From an uncultured Chloroflexia bacterium (GTDB lineage Bacteria > Chloroflexota > Limnocylindria > Limnocylindrales > CSP1-4), in the NCBI GenBank assembly GCA_963712745.1, contig CAVQJC010000020.1:512001-576000 (forward strand): a stretch of DNA of 64,000 nucleotides. The letters run 5' to 3'. The position numbers and the translations under genes were made by a program. A model generated the notes under the pieces. It saw nothing but the letters and a program-made list of their open reading frames with translations. It searched no databases and was not told the DNA's origin. Below, in pieces: positions 8,398 through 20,520 of the stretch (its first letter is position 1; each line of letters starts with the position of its first letter).

Positions 8398-9762
8398 TCA
8401 TGCCGCGACCTCGCCCTCCGTGCGCCCCCACCACGCCTCGAACGCATCGAAGCTCGGCGCGATGGGCTCGGGCAGGGTGGCGCTGTCGTCGCCGGCCAGC
8501 ACGTCGAGCGTCTTGAGGCCGTTACCGGTGATGACCAGCACGGTCTCCTCGTGGCGGCGCAGACGACCCTCGTCGATGGCCCGGCGCAACGCGGCCAGGG
8601 TCACACCGCCGGCGGTCTCGGTGAGGATGCCCTCGGTCTCGGCCAGCAGGCGGATGCTGTCGATGGTGGCCTCGTCGGGCACGCCGATGATGGCCGCGTC
8701 GCTCTCGCGTGCCTGGCGGATGGCGTAGCCCCCGTCAGCGGGTGAGCCGATCGACAAGGAGCGCACGATGGTATCGGGCTTCTCCACCGGCCGGACCAGG
8801 TCGGTCCCAGCGGCAAAGGCGTCGGCGATGGGCGCGCAGCCGTTGGCCTGGCCGCCAAAGAAGCGGACCGAAGCTTCGTCCAGCAGGCCCACGTCGACGA
8901 GCTCGCCGAAACCGCGCTGGAGCTTGGTGTACATGGAGCCGGAGGCCAGTGGCGCGAACAATGCATCAGGGGCTCGCCATCCGAGCTGCTGTGCGATCTC
9001 GTACGAGATCGTCTTGGAGCCCTCGGCGTAGTAGGGGCGCAGGTTGACATTGAGCACGGCCCAGCCTTCGAGCTCGTCGGTCAGCTCCAGGCACAGGCGG
9101 TTGACGTCGTCATAGGGGCCGTCGACCCGAACCACGGTGGCGCCCAGGGCGCGCGCCTGGGAGATCTTGGCGGCCTCGAGGTCGGCCGGGATGAACACGA
9201 CCGCGCGCAGGCCGTTGGCGGCAGCCGCGGCAGCGACGGCAGCGGAGAGGTTGCCAGTCGAGGCGCAGGCAAGCGTGTGGTAGCCCCATTGCCTGGCGCG
9301 GGCGGCAGCCACGGCCACCGGTCGGTCCTTGAAGGAGAGCGTGGGGTTGCGCGAATCGTCCTTCACCCACAGCTTGTCCAGCCCCACTCGCGCGGCCAGG
9401 CGGGGGGCATCGGTCAGCGGTGACTGGCCCACGCGCAGCCCGGACGTCGGCAGCTCGGTGACAGGCAGCAGCTCGGCATAGCGCCAGAGGGTCGCCTCAC
9501 GAGCATCGAGCGTCTCGCGGCTGATACGTGCCCGGATGCCCTCCAGGTCGTACACCGGCTCCAGCGGGCCAAAGCAGCGGGTGCACACGAAGACGGGCGC
9601 GTCCGCGGCTTCCCCGCCGCAGGCGCGGCAGCGCAGGCCGGTGAAACCGGGAACGAAGCCTCGCTCGGCCGAGGTCGTGGGCGGGCTCGATGCGGTACCC
9701 GCGGCGGGGGCGTCTTGTATGTCGGCGGTGTCGGACTGCGGGCGGATGGCGATCTGCGTCAT
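8398..9762 (-). CDS. thrC: Threonine synthase-family PLP enzyme with N-terminal Zn ribbon (possibly O-phosphohomoserine sulfhydrylase)
   Basis: CRAC..CTRC ribbon; NPTLSFKDR, CASTGN, EGSKT and VITGNGLK motifs; ATG at 9762 after GAGAGG. Confidence 0.8.
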   Translation of the reverse strand: MTQIAIRPQSDTADIQDAPAAGTASSPPTTSAERGFVPGFTGLRCRACGGEAADAPVFVCTRCFGPLEPVYDLEGIRARISRETLDAREATLWRYAELLPVTELPTSGLRVGQSPLTDAPRLAARVGLDKLWVKDDSRNPTLSFKDRPVAVAAARARQWGYHTLACASTGNLSAAVAAAAAANGLRAVVFIPADLEAAKISQARALGATVVRVDGPYDDVNRLCLELTDELEGWAVLNVNLRPYYAEGSKTISYEIAQQLGWRAPDALFAPLASGSMYTKLQRGFGELVDVGLLDEASVRFFGGQANGCAPIADAFAAGTDLVRPVEKPDTIVRSLSIGSPADGGYAIRQARESDAAIIGVPDEATIDSIRLLAETEGILTETAGGVTLAALRRAIDEGRLRRHEETVLVITGNGLKTLDVLAGDDSATLPEPIAPSFDAFEAWWGRTEGEVAA

Positions 9763-9813
9763 CAGGGGGATCCTCTCGGGTCGGAGCGGCCTGGCCGGCC
9801 GCAAGTGCTCGTG

Positions 9814-9853
9814 AATCACGAAGGCCGCGACCTTCGCTTCGTTGGTCGCGGCC
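9814..9853 (-). terminator. Putative attenuator hairpin in the thrC-like leader
   Basis: Perfect 10-bp stem GGCCGCGACC/GGTCGCGGCC with an 11-nt loop; weak U-tract (TTCGTGATT). Confidence 0.6.
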
Positions 9854-9901
9854 CCTGGGATCCGGCCTGATGTCGAGCGCTGCGTTCGGGCGCGCCCGGC
9901 C

Positions 9902-9964
9902 TCAGACCCCGACCGATCCCGGCGGGGCCTCGGGCATCGCCATGCGAGTACCGTGCAGCTTCAT
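9902..9964 (-). CDS. Putative Met-sensing leader peptide MKLHGTRMAMPEAPPGSVGV
   Basis: 20 codons, ATG 7 nt after TACCAT (leaderless), Met codons at positions 8 and 10; the stop codon lies within a long antiterminator helix. Confidence 0.65.
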   Translation of the reverse strand: MKLHGTRMAMPEAPPGSVGV

Positions 9965-9971
9965 CGGCCGG

Positions 9972-10001
9972 ATGGTAGACGGGAGACCCGGTAATTGGCA
10001 A
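9972..10001 (-). promoter_or_regulatory. Sigma70-type promoter of the thrC-like leader
   Basis: TTGCCA-N18-TACCAT on the minus strand. Confidence 0.65.
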
Positions 10002-10060
10002 CCCCTTCAGTACACATATGCACGATACGGCGGACTACTCACTAGTCCCGTGCTCGTGAC

Positions 10061-10095
10061 TGCATAGTGATGCGCCCCTGCTGTATAGTCACGAG
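10061..10095 (+). promoter_or_regulatory. Tandem ARG boxes overlapping the argR -10 (autorepression)
   Basis: TGCATAGTGATGCG (10061) and a degenerate TGTATAGTCACGAG (10082) at 21-bp period. TATAGT -10 at 10084-10089, 6 nt before the GTG. Confidence 0.6.
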
Positions 10096-10614
10096 GTGAG
10101 CCCATCGAGTCGACCCGGTTCTTCGCGCGCCCTCAAGCGGGAGCGCCAGCTTCTCATCCGCGAGCTCGTCGCGACCGGCGCGGTGGCCAACCAGCACGAG
10201 CTGGTGGAGCTGCTGGCAGCGCGCGGCTACGAGGTGACCCAGGCGACCGTCAGTCGTGACGTCACCGAGCTGGGCCTGGTCAAGACGACTGCCGACGGCC
10301 GGCACGTCTATTCGGCCCCTGGCGACCTCGGGGGTGCGCCACCGCCCAGCGACGAACGGTTGTGGCGGATCCTGGCCGACTACCCCGTCCGCATCGGGCG
10401 CTCGGGGCTGACGTTGCTGCTAGTGTCGGAGGCCGGCGTGGCCAACGCCATCGGCCAGGCCATCGACGAGTCGACGTTCCACGAACAGGAAGGCACGCTT
10501 GCGGGTGACAACACCATCCTCGTCCTCTTCGCCGACGAAGGCCGCCTCGAGGCGTGGCTGGAGCGCTTCGAGGCGCTTCGCGCTGCCGTGTCGATGAGGG
10601 GATACGCAGGATGA
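10096..10614 (+). CDS. argR: Arginine repressor
   Basis: VTQATVSRD winged HTH and GTLAGDNT arginine-binding motif. Confidence 0.95.
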   Translation: MSPSSRPGSSRALKRERQLLIRELVATGAVANQHELVELLAARGYEVTQATVSRDVTELGLVKTTADGRHVYSAPGDLGGAPPPSDERLWRILADYPVRIGRSGLTLLLVSEAGVANAIGQAIDESTFHEQEGTLAGDNTILVLFADEGRLEAWLERFEALRAAVSMRGYAG

Positions 10615-11330
10615 CGATGCTCGGCGACGAGCCGGAAGAGCAGGGGCCGGCCACCAAGCCGTTGAAGATCCTGGTGGTCGACGACGAGCCGGCCATGGTC
10701 GGCGCGATGGGTGCGCTGCTGGGCCAGGCCGGCCATCGCATCATCGCGGCCTACGACGGCGAAGAGGCCCTACGCCGCTTCCGTGATGAGGAACCCGACC
10801 TGGTGCTGCTCGACCTGGCCATGCCGGGCATGGACGGGGCCACGGTCTGCCGGCGCATCCGGGACGTCAGCGACACGCCCATCATCGTGGTCTCGGGAGA
10901 ACGCGACGACACCGCCACCGTGGAGCTGCTCGATATCGGGGCCGACGACTACGTGCGCAAGCCGTTCCGTGCTGACGAGCTGCTGGCGCGGGTGCGTGCC
11001 GTCTCGCGGCGATCGGCCGGCAGCCGCGGCGACCGGGCCAAGGGTGACCCGTCCGGCTATGAGCTCGACCGGCGCCGCCACGAGATCCGCTGGCAGGGCA
11101 CGCCGTTGCCCACGACGGTGACAGAGTTCCGCTTGCTGCAGGCCATGGTCGAGCGGCTGGGCGAGGTCGTTCCGCACGAGGAGCTGTTGGCAGCGGGCTG
11201 GCCGGATGTGCCCGACCCCGACCCGCTGTGGCTGAAGCCACACCTCGCGCGCCTGCGCGAGAAGCTGGTCACCGCGGGAGCGCCGGTGCCGGTGGCCGTG
11301 CGCGGTGTGGGCTACCGACTCGACGCCTAG
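10611..11330 (+). CDS. OmpR/PhoB-family response regulator
   Basis: ILVVDDE, LLDLAMPG, GADDYVRKPF, wHTH LARLREKL..VRGVGY; ATGA overlap with the argR stop. Confidence 0.93.
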   Translation: MTMLGDEPEEQGPATKPLKILVVDDEPAMVGAMGALLGQAGHRIIAAYDGEEALRRFRDEEPDLVLLDLAMPGMDGATVCRRIRDVSDTPIIVVSGERDDTATVELLDIGADDYVRKPFRADELLARVRAVSRRSAGSRGDRAKGDPSGYELDRRRHEIRWQGTPLPTTVTEFRLLQAMVERLGEVVPHEELLAAGWPDVPDPDPLWLKPHLARLREKLVTAGAPVPVAVRGVGYRLDA

Positions 11331-11385
11331 CCGGAACCGCCCCGGCAACCAGCTGGGGCGGCCACCGGGCCGAACGCGTCCGGTC

Positions 11386-11473
11386 GTCACCGTGCCGTTA
11401 CCGAACGTGCACCACGCAGCGACCACTTCCCGACCGCCCTGTCGCTGACATCCTCCTGCGCGCTCCGTAGGGT
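11386..11473 (+). promoter_or_regulatory. amtB promoter with five helically phased direct repeats
   Basis: GTCACC, GTTACC, TGCACC, GCGACC and CCGACC at exact 11-bp period (11386-11435), then CTGACA-N17-TAGGGT. Confidence 0.55.
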
Positions 11474-11550
11474 CGGCATCCAACAGTGCCGGGTCCTGTC
11501 TGCCCGGCGGACCGAGTGGGGCAAGACCCATCGCAGGAGGGACAATCGGA

Positions 11551-12855
11551 ATGATCAACGCTGGCGATACCGCCTGGATGCTGATATCGACAGCATTGGT
11601 GATGCTGATGCTGCCGGGTCTGGCACTGTTCTACGGCGGCCTGGTACGGGCCAAGAACGTGCTCTCGACCATCATGCACAGCTTCTTCGGCCTGGCCATC
11701 GTGACTGTGGTGTGGGTCATCGTCGGCTTCAGCCTGGCCTTCGGCGACTCGCTCGGTGGTGCGGGCATCGTCGGCGACCCGCTGCAGTACCTCTTCTTCA
11801 GCGGCGTAGGCATGGAGCCGGCCGAGGGCAGCACCATCCCGTTCGTCCTCTTCGCCACCTTCCAGATGATGTTCGCAGCCATCACGCCGGCACTCATCAG
11901 CGGCGCCTTCGCCGAGCGCAAGCGCTTTGCCGCGTTCGTCGTCTTCACCATCGCCTGGTCGCTCCTGGTCTACTCGCCCATGGCCCACATGGTCTGGGGC
12001 GGCGGCCTGCTTTCCACGCTCGGTGAGAACGGTGCGCTCGATTTCGCCGGCGGCACCGTGGTCCATATCGCCTCAGGTGTCTCCGCTCTGATCGTCGCCC
12101 TGGTCATGGGTCGCCGCGTCGCCGGCCACCACGTGGAGCCGCACGACGTGCCCATGACCGTGCTCGGCGCTGGCCTGCTCTGGTTCGGCTGGTTCGGCTT
12201 CAACGCCGGCTCGGCGCTGGCTGCTGACGGCCTGGCCGCTCAGGCGCTCATGGTGACCACCGTCTCCGCTGCCGCCGGTACGCTCACCTGGGTCGGTGCC
12301 TCGTACATCAAGGGCCGCAAGGTCAGCGTGGTCGGTGCTGCCGCCGGTGCGGTGGCCGGTCTTGTGGCCATCACCCCGGCCGCCGGCTTCGTCACCGTCG
12401 GCGGTGCGTTGGCCCTGGGCCTGGCCGCTGGTGCCCTCTGCTTCGCGGTCACGCTGCTGCGCGAGCGCCTGGCCATCGACGACTCCCTCGACGTCTTCGC
12501 TGTCCACGGCGTGGGCGGCATCTGGGGCGCCGTCGGCACGGGCATCTTCGCGGTCGCGGCCATCGGTGGGGTCTCCGGCCTCATCGAGGGCAACGTCGAG
12601 CAGTTGATCGTCCAGATCGCCGCCGTCGCCTTCACGGTCGTCTTCGCCTCGGTCATGACCTTCATCATCATCAAGGTCATCGACGTGCTCATCGGCCTGC
12701 GCGTCCCCGCGGAGGAGGAAGAGGCCGGCCTGGACGTGGCTGTCCACGGCGAGACCGCCTACGTGCCCTGGGCCGGCACCACCAGCGGCGCGGTCATGGC
12801 CTCGCCGACCGCGCAGCCGGCACCACCACCCGTTACGGAGGCTGAACCCGCCTAG
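11551..12855 (+). CDS. amtB: Ammonium transporter
   Basis: GDTAWML, FQMMFA, DFAGGTVVH, WFGWFGFNAGS and DDSLDVFAVHG motifs. Confidence 0.98.
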   Translation: MINAGDTAWMLISTALVMLMLPGLALFYGGLVRAKNVLSTIMHSFFGLAIVTVVWVIVGFSLAFGDSLGGAGIVGDPLQYLFFSGVGMEPAEGSTIPFVLFATFQMMFAAITPALISGAFAERKRFAAFVVFTIAWSLLVYSPMAHMVWGGGLLSTLGENGALDFAGGTVVHIASGVSALIVALVMGRRVAGHHVEPHDVPMTVLGAGLLWFGWFGFNAGSALAADGLAAQALMVTTVSAAAGTLTWVGASYIKGRKVSVVGAAAGAVAGLVAITPAAGFVTVGGALALGLAAGALCFAVTLLRERLAIDDSLDVFAVHGVGGIWGAVGTGIFAVAAIGGVSGLIEGNVEQLIVQIAAVAFTVVFASVMTFIIIKVIDVLIGLRVPAEEEEAGLDVAVHGETAYVPWAGTTSGAVMASPTAQPAPPPVTEAEPA

Positions 12856-12895
12856 TCGACGCCGACCGCTCCTGCCGACCCTACTCGACCATACG

Positions 12896-12931
12896 CGAAG
12901 GCCCGCGAGGCTCCCGACTCGCGGGCCTTCG
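12896..12931. terminator. Hairpin between convergent amtB and histidine kinase genes
   Basis: 14-bp perfect stem CGAAGGCCCGCGAG/CTCGCGGGCCTTCG. Confidence 0.7.
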
Positions 12932-12980
12932 GCTTGGCTGCAGCGCTGGGCTGCGCATCGCGCGCCGGGGGTGTACCCGG

Positions 12981-14228
12981 CTAGCGGGCCGAGCCGACGA
13001 ACCGCAGGCGCAGGACGAACTGCGAGCCCTGGGGCTGGCGTGGCTCCACGGTCAGCTCCCCGTCCATCGAGTGAGCCAGGCGCCTGGCTGCGAAGAGGCC
13101 GATGCCAGAGCCGCGGGGGGAGTCGTCGAGTCGCACGAACGGTTCGAAGATGCGCTCGTGCCATTCCCTGGGGATGCCGGGCCCGTCATCGGTCACCGCC
13201 AGGCAGGCAGAGTCGCCTGCACGCCAGCCGTAGATATCGATGCTGCCGCCCGCGGGCGCGTACTTCGACGCGTTCTCCAGAAGGTAGCCGAGCAGGCGCT
13301 GGAGCTGCGCCGGCGACGCCAGCGCCACCAGCGGCTCGTCACGGAAACTCGTCTCCAGGGAGCGGCCCCGCAGCATCGGCCGCAACTCCTCGGTCACCAT
13401 CACGACCTCGGCGGCCAGGTCGATGGGCACCAGATCCTGGGGCGGTGACGACATCACCCGCATCGACTCCAGGATGCTGTCGACGGTCTCGTCGAGGCGG
13501 TCGACCTGGGTGAGTGCTTCCCGTTCCCATGTCTCGGCCGACTGTGGGTCGCTGGCACGGGCGGTGCTTCCGAGCAGCTCCACATAGGCACGCACCACCG
13601 CGAGCGGTGTCCGCAGCGCGTGGGTGACCACGGTCACCAGGTGGGCCCTGGCCTCGTCGATGGCCCGGAGCTGTTCCAGCTGCGCCTCCGCCTCGGCGTG
13701 AAGCCGACTCTTCTCGACCAGGCCGGCCAGCAGCCCCGCGAGCGCCTCCAGGAAGCCGGTGTCGGCCGGGCGGAAGTCGCGCGCATCGATGGTCTGGACG
13801 TTGAGGACGCCCACCACCTCCTCCTCCCACACCAGTGGCACCGAGCACATCGAGGTGAACCGGGCCTGGTCGACGCCGCGGATCCAGGCGAAGCGCTCGT
13901 CCTCGTGAACGTCGGGGCTGACGATGGTGACCTGCGACTGTGCGGCCAGGCCGGTTATGCCCTGGCCCATCTCGAGACGCGCGACACCGACCGCGTCCTT
14001 GTCGAGCCCGTTGGTGGCCGCGAGCGTCAGACCACTGCCATCACGATCAGTGACGTAGAGCGAGCAGACGTCCGCGCGGGAGGCGGCCCGGGCGCGATCG
14101 ATGACGGTCTCCGTGAGGTCCTGCCACGTCCTCGCCGACGCGGCCAGGTGCGCGACGTCGGCGAGGAAGCTGATCTCGTCGAGCCGTGGCTCGGGGGGCG
14201 TTGCGTCGCGCGGGGGCGTCTCGGTCAT
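12981..14228 (-). CDS. Cytoplasmic GAF-domain sensor histidine kinase
   Basis: PtsP-like GAF (ADVCSLY..LAATNGL..GQGITG..VGVLNVQ), H-box THALRTPL, N-box LLENASKY, DDGPGI and GSGIGL. Leaderless ATG 6 nt after TACCAT. Confidence 0.9.
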   Translation of the reverse strand: MTETPPRDATPPEPRLDEISFLADVAHLAASARTWQDLTETVIDRARAASRADVCSLYVTDRDGSGLTLAATNGLDKDAVGVARLEMGQGITGLAAQSQVTIVSPDVHEDERFAWIRGVDQARFTSMCSVPLVWEEEVVGVLNVQTIDARDFRPADTGFLEALAGLLAGLVEKSRLHAEAEAQLEQLRAIDEARAHLVTVVTHALRTPLAVVRAYVELLGSTARASDPQSAETWEREALTQVDRLDETVDSILESMRVMSSPPQDLVPIDLAAEVVMVTEELRPMLRGRSLETSFRDEPLVALASPAQLQRLLGYLLENASKYAPAGGSIDIYGWRAGDSACLAVTDDGPGIPREWHERIFEPFVRLDDSPRGSGIGLFAARRLAHSMDGELTVEPRQPQGSQFVLRLRFVGSAR

Positions 14229-14249
14229 GACCTGATGGTACGGAACGTG

Positions 14250-14363
14250 CCAACGTCGAGTGCTCGCGCGCGACAGGCCGGCCCGGGCGGCGACATATCG
14301 TTGCCGCCAGCCGCGGCGGAGGCGGACCGCGCGCAAGGCAGCACCTACGCTGAGGTCATCCAT
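14250..14363 (-). pseudogene. Truncated XRE-type helix-turn-helix gene fragment
   Basis: MDDLSVGAALRAVRLRRGWRQRYVAARAGLSRAS... breaks off within the recognition helix. Confidence 0.5.
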
Positions 14364-14472
14364 GCCGAACAGCATGGGCAAAGGCCCTTACTGGCCACTT
14401 CGCTGCCACTTCACTTCGCTGATGATGTGGTCATGACCCGCATCACCACCGTCGGCCCGCCACCATAGGCGC

Positions 14473-15624
14473 ATGACTCGCTTCGATACCCGGCTGGCGC
14501 ACCTCGGCCGCTCGTCCGCGTACGCGGCCCGGACCGTCAATCCACCCCTGGCGCGCGCCAGCACGATCCTCTTCGAATCGCTCGACGATCTGCGCCACGC
14601 CCGGGCGGGGACCCCCTACGAGGAACCGCGCTACGGCATCTACGGCACGAGCACGACCTTCGAGCTGCAAACGGCGATGGCCGAGCTGTGCCAGACCGAG
14701 TCCTGTATCGCCACCGGCAGCGGCCTCACTGCCATCGCCGCCACGCTCTCGGCCCATGCCGCCCCCGGCTCGCGCATGCTCATCCAGGGTGAGGTATACG
14801 AGCCGACCCGGGACTTCGCCGAGAGCGAGATCAGCCCCATCTGCGAGGTGGTCTACTTCGACACGGTCGAAGAGCTGGAGGCCGCCATCGACGAGCGCAC
14901 CAGCCTCGTCTTCATCGAGGTCCCGACATCGCTGACGATGCGACTCATCGACGTTCGGGCGGTCTCCGCCCTCACCCACCGCGCGGCGGTTCCCCTGGCC
15001 TGCGACTCGACCTGGGGCACACCCCGCTTCTTCGACGCGCATGGGCTGGGCATCGACATCTCTATCCACGCGGGCACCAAGTACATCGGTGGCCACAGTG
15101 ACCTCATGCTCGGGCTCACCACCGGCACCTACGACGCGCTCCGGAGCACCCGCCAGTGGTGCGCCCACTACGGCTCCACGGCCGCGCCGGACGTCTGCTG
15201 GCTGGGCCTGAGGGGCCTGCGAACACTGAGCGTCCGGCTCGACCGGCACCAGGCCAGCGCCCTCACCGTAGCCAGCTGGCTGTCCGAGCAGCCCCAGGTC
15301 GCGCGGGTCTTCTACCCGGCCCTCCCCTCTGACCCGGACCACGAGCTATGGCAGAGGCAGTTCAGTGGCGCGCCGGGCCTGCTGAGCATCGAGCTTCGAG
15401 CGTGCGACGAGGCCGCCCATGCGCGCGTCATCGAATCCCTGGCGCTCTTCGGCCTGGGCGCCAGCTGGGGCGGCTTCGAGAGCCTGGTGCTGCCGGCCAC
15501 GCCCTACGCCGGCCGGACCCTCGACGCCCAGCCCGACGAGGGCCGCCTGGTCCGGCTGCATGTCGGGCTGGAGGATCCCGACGATCTCATCGCCGACCTG
15601 GCGCAGGCACTGGCTCGACTGTGA
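14473..15624 (+). CDS. metC: Cystathionine beta-lyase (Cys/Met PLP enzyme)
   Basis: VNPPLARASTILF, DSTW, HAGTKYIGGHSD, GASWGGFESL and RLHVGLED motifs. Confidence 0.88.
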   Translation: MTRFDTRLAHLGRSSAYAARTVNPPLARASTILFESLDDLRHARAGTPYEEPRYGIYGTSTTFELQTAMAELCQTESCIATGSGLTAIAATLSAHAAPGSRMLIQGEVYEPTRDFAESEISPICEVVYFDTVEELEAAIDERTSLVFIEVPTSLTMRLIDVRAVSALTHRAAVPLACDSTWGTPRFFDAHGLGIDISIHAGTKYIGGHSDLMLGLTTGTYDALRSTRQWCAHYGSTAAPDVCWLGLRGLRTLSVRLDRHQASALTVASWLSEQPQVARVFYPALPSDPDHELWQRQFSGAPGLLSIELRACDEAAHARVIESLALFGLGASWGGFESLVLPATPYAGRTLDAQPDEGRLVRLHVGLEDPDDLIADLAQALARL

Positions 15625-16525
15625 CCGGGCAGGCGGGCACGGCCGCGACCGGGCGCGACCGCGAGTACGACCGTTTCGGCCCGTGGGTCCTGGAGATCAC
15701 CGAGGAAGACCCGCTGCCCCGCCTGTTCCTGCCGCACGTGGATCGCAGCGACCAGCCGCTGCTGGCCATCAAGGTCCCCCGTCCGATCGCCCGCCGAGAC
15801 GCCCATCCGGGCATGGACCTCTACGACTACGTGGTCGCCCTCTACGAGGCCGACCTGCTCATCCTCGAACGCGCAGGGTCGGAGGTGCGCTCCCGGACGG
15901 TGGGCTACCGCGACGTGCGTCACTTGAGCCTGCACGAAGAGCTCCTCCGCGGCTCCCTCGAGCTGGGTATCGCCGGCCGCCCATATGCCCTGCCCTATAA
16001 CACCGTCTCCAAGGACATCATGCGGCGCGTGGCCGAGCTGGTCCGAGCTCGCTACCTGGATAGGACCGCGACGACGGCCGACCTGCCGGTGAGTGCCGAC
16101 GAGGACGGTCTCAGCTTCTACTTCGAGCGCCTGCTGCAGCAGGAGACCGCTGCGGGCTCGTCCATGCGGCTGCTCGCGGCGCAACCCGACGCTACGCTCG
16201 GGGACATCGAGCAGGGGGTGGTGCGCCGCCTGTTGTTCGGCATCCTCGACAAGCGGCTGCTTGAGTCCATCCACCTGACCGACGGACGCGAGCTGCGGGT
16301 CATCGACCGCGGCCGGCCCTTCGTCTACCGCTGGCAGTCCGTCTACGGCCGGCGCGAGACCGTCATCCCGCTGGCCAACGTCAGAGACACCGAGTGGGAT
16401 GAGAGCGGTGATGCCAACACGACCACGCTCACGGTGCGCACGGACGGCGGGGACTGCCGCTGGGTGTTCACGCGCGACCGGCCGGGAACCGCCGGGTACC
16501 GTGAGTGGCTGGCGGCGCTGCGCGT

Positions 16526-16529
<4 letters not shown>
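15621..16529 (+). CDS. Hypothetical protein, translationally coupled to metC
   Basis: GTGA overlap with metC; GC3-biased 302-aa ORF ([19 protein letters not shown]). Confidence 0.75.
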
Positions 16530-20266
<3,737 letters not shown>

Positions 20267-20463
20267 CGTGCTCTCGTACCTCTCGAATCCGCCCACCGGC
20301 CCGCACCACCGCAGCGTGGTTGCATCATACGGCAGCAGGGCCTTGGGCCAAGACCGCAGCAGGGCCATCGGCCTGCCCACCCGCTCGAAGCCCGACGGAC
20401 ACCTGGCCGGCCCGTTGCCGTCGACACCCCCGGTGACCGGCGGCTCCGAACCTGCGGGGATGC

Positions 20464-20499
20464 GAAAGGTACCTACCAATCCGACCAATCTGCTAGACT
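20464..20499. promoter_or_regulatory. Putative GntR operator with divergent -10 boxes
   Basis: GAAAGGTAC-N11-ACCAATCTGC, shared with 45495-45524; TAGACT -10 (+) at 20494 and TACCTT (-) at 20466-20471. Confidence 0.5.
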
Positions 20500-20520
20500 C
20501 GGCACGATGGAGTCGAGCTC

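Noticed and set aside
11451-11540. Long-range pairing TCCTCCTGCG/CGCAGGAGGG sequestering the amtB SD
   Set aside because: The 5' strand falls in the predicted promoter spacer, so it would exist only in read-through transcripts. No ANTAR or glutamine-riboswitch consensus.
20270-20460. SAM riboswitch upstream of metH (GCAACC..GGTGC and CGGCAAC..GGTGTC motifs)
   Set aside because: Only a P3-like fragment is seen. The ATCxAGAG / GAGGGA..GCCC core and a P1 partner are missing.
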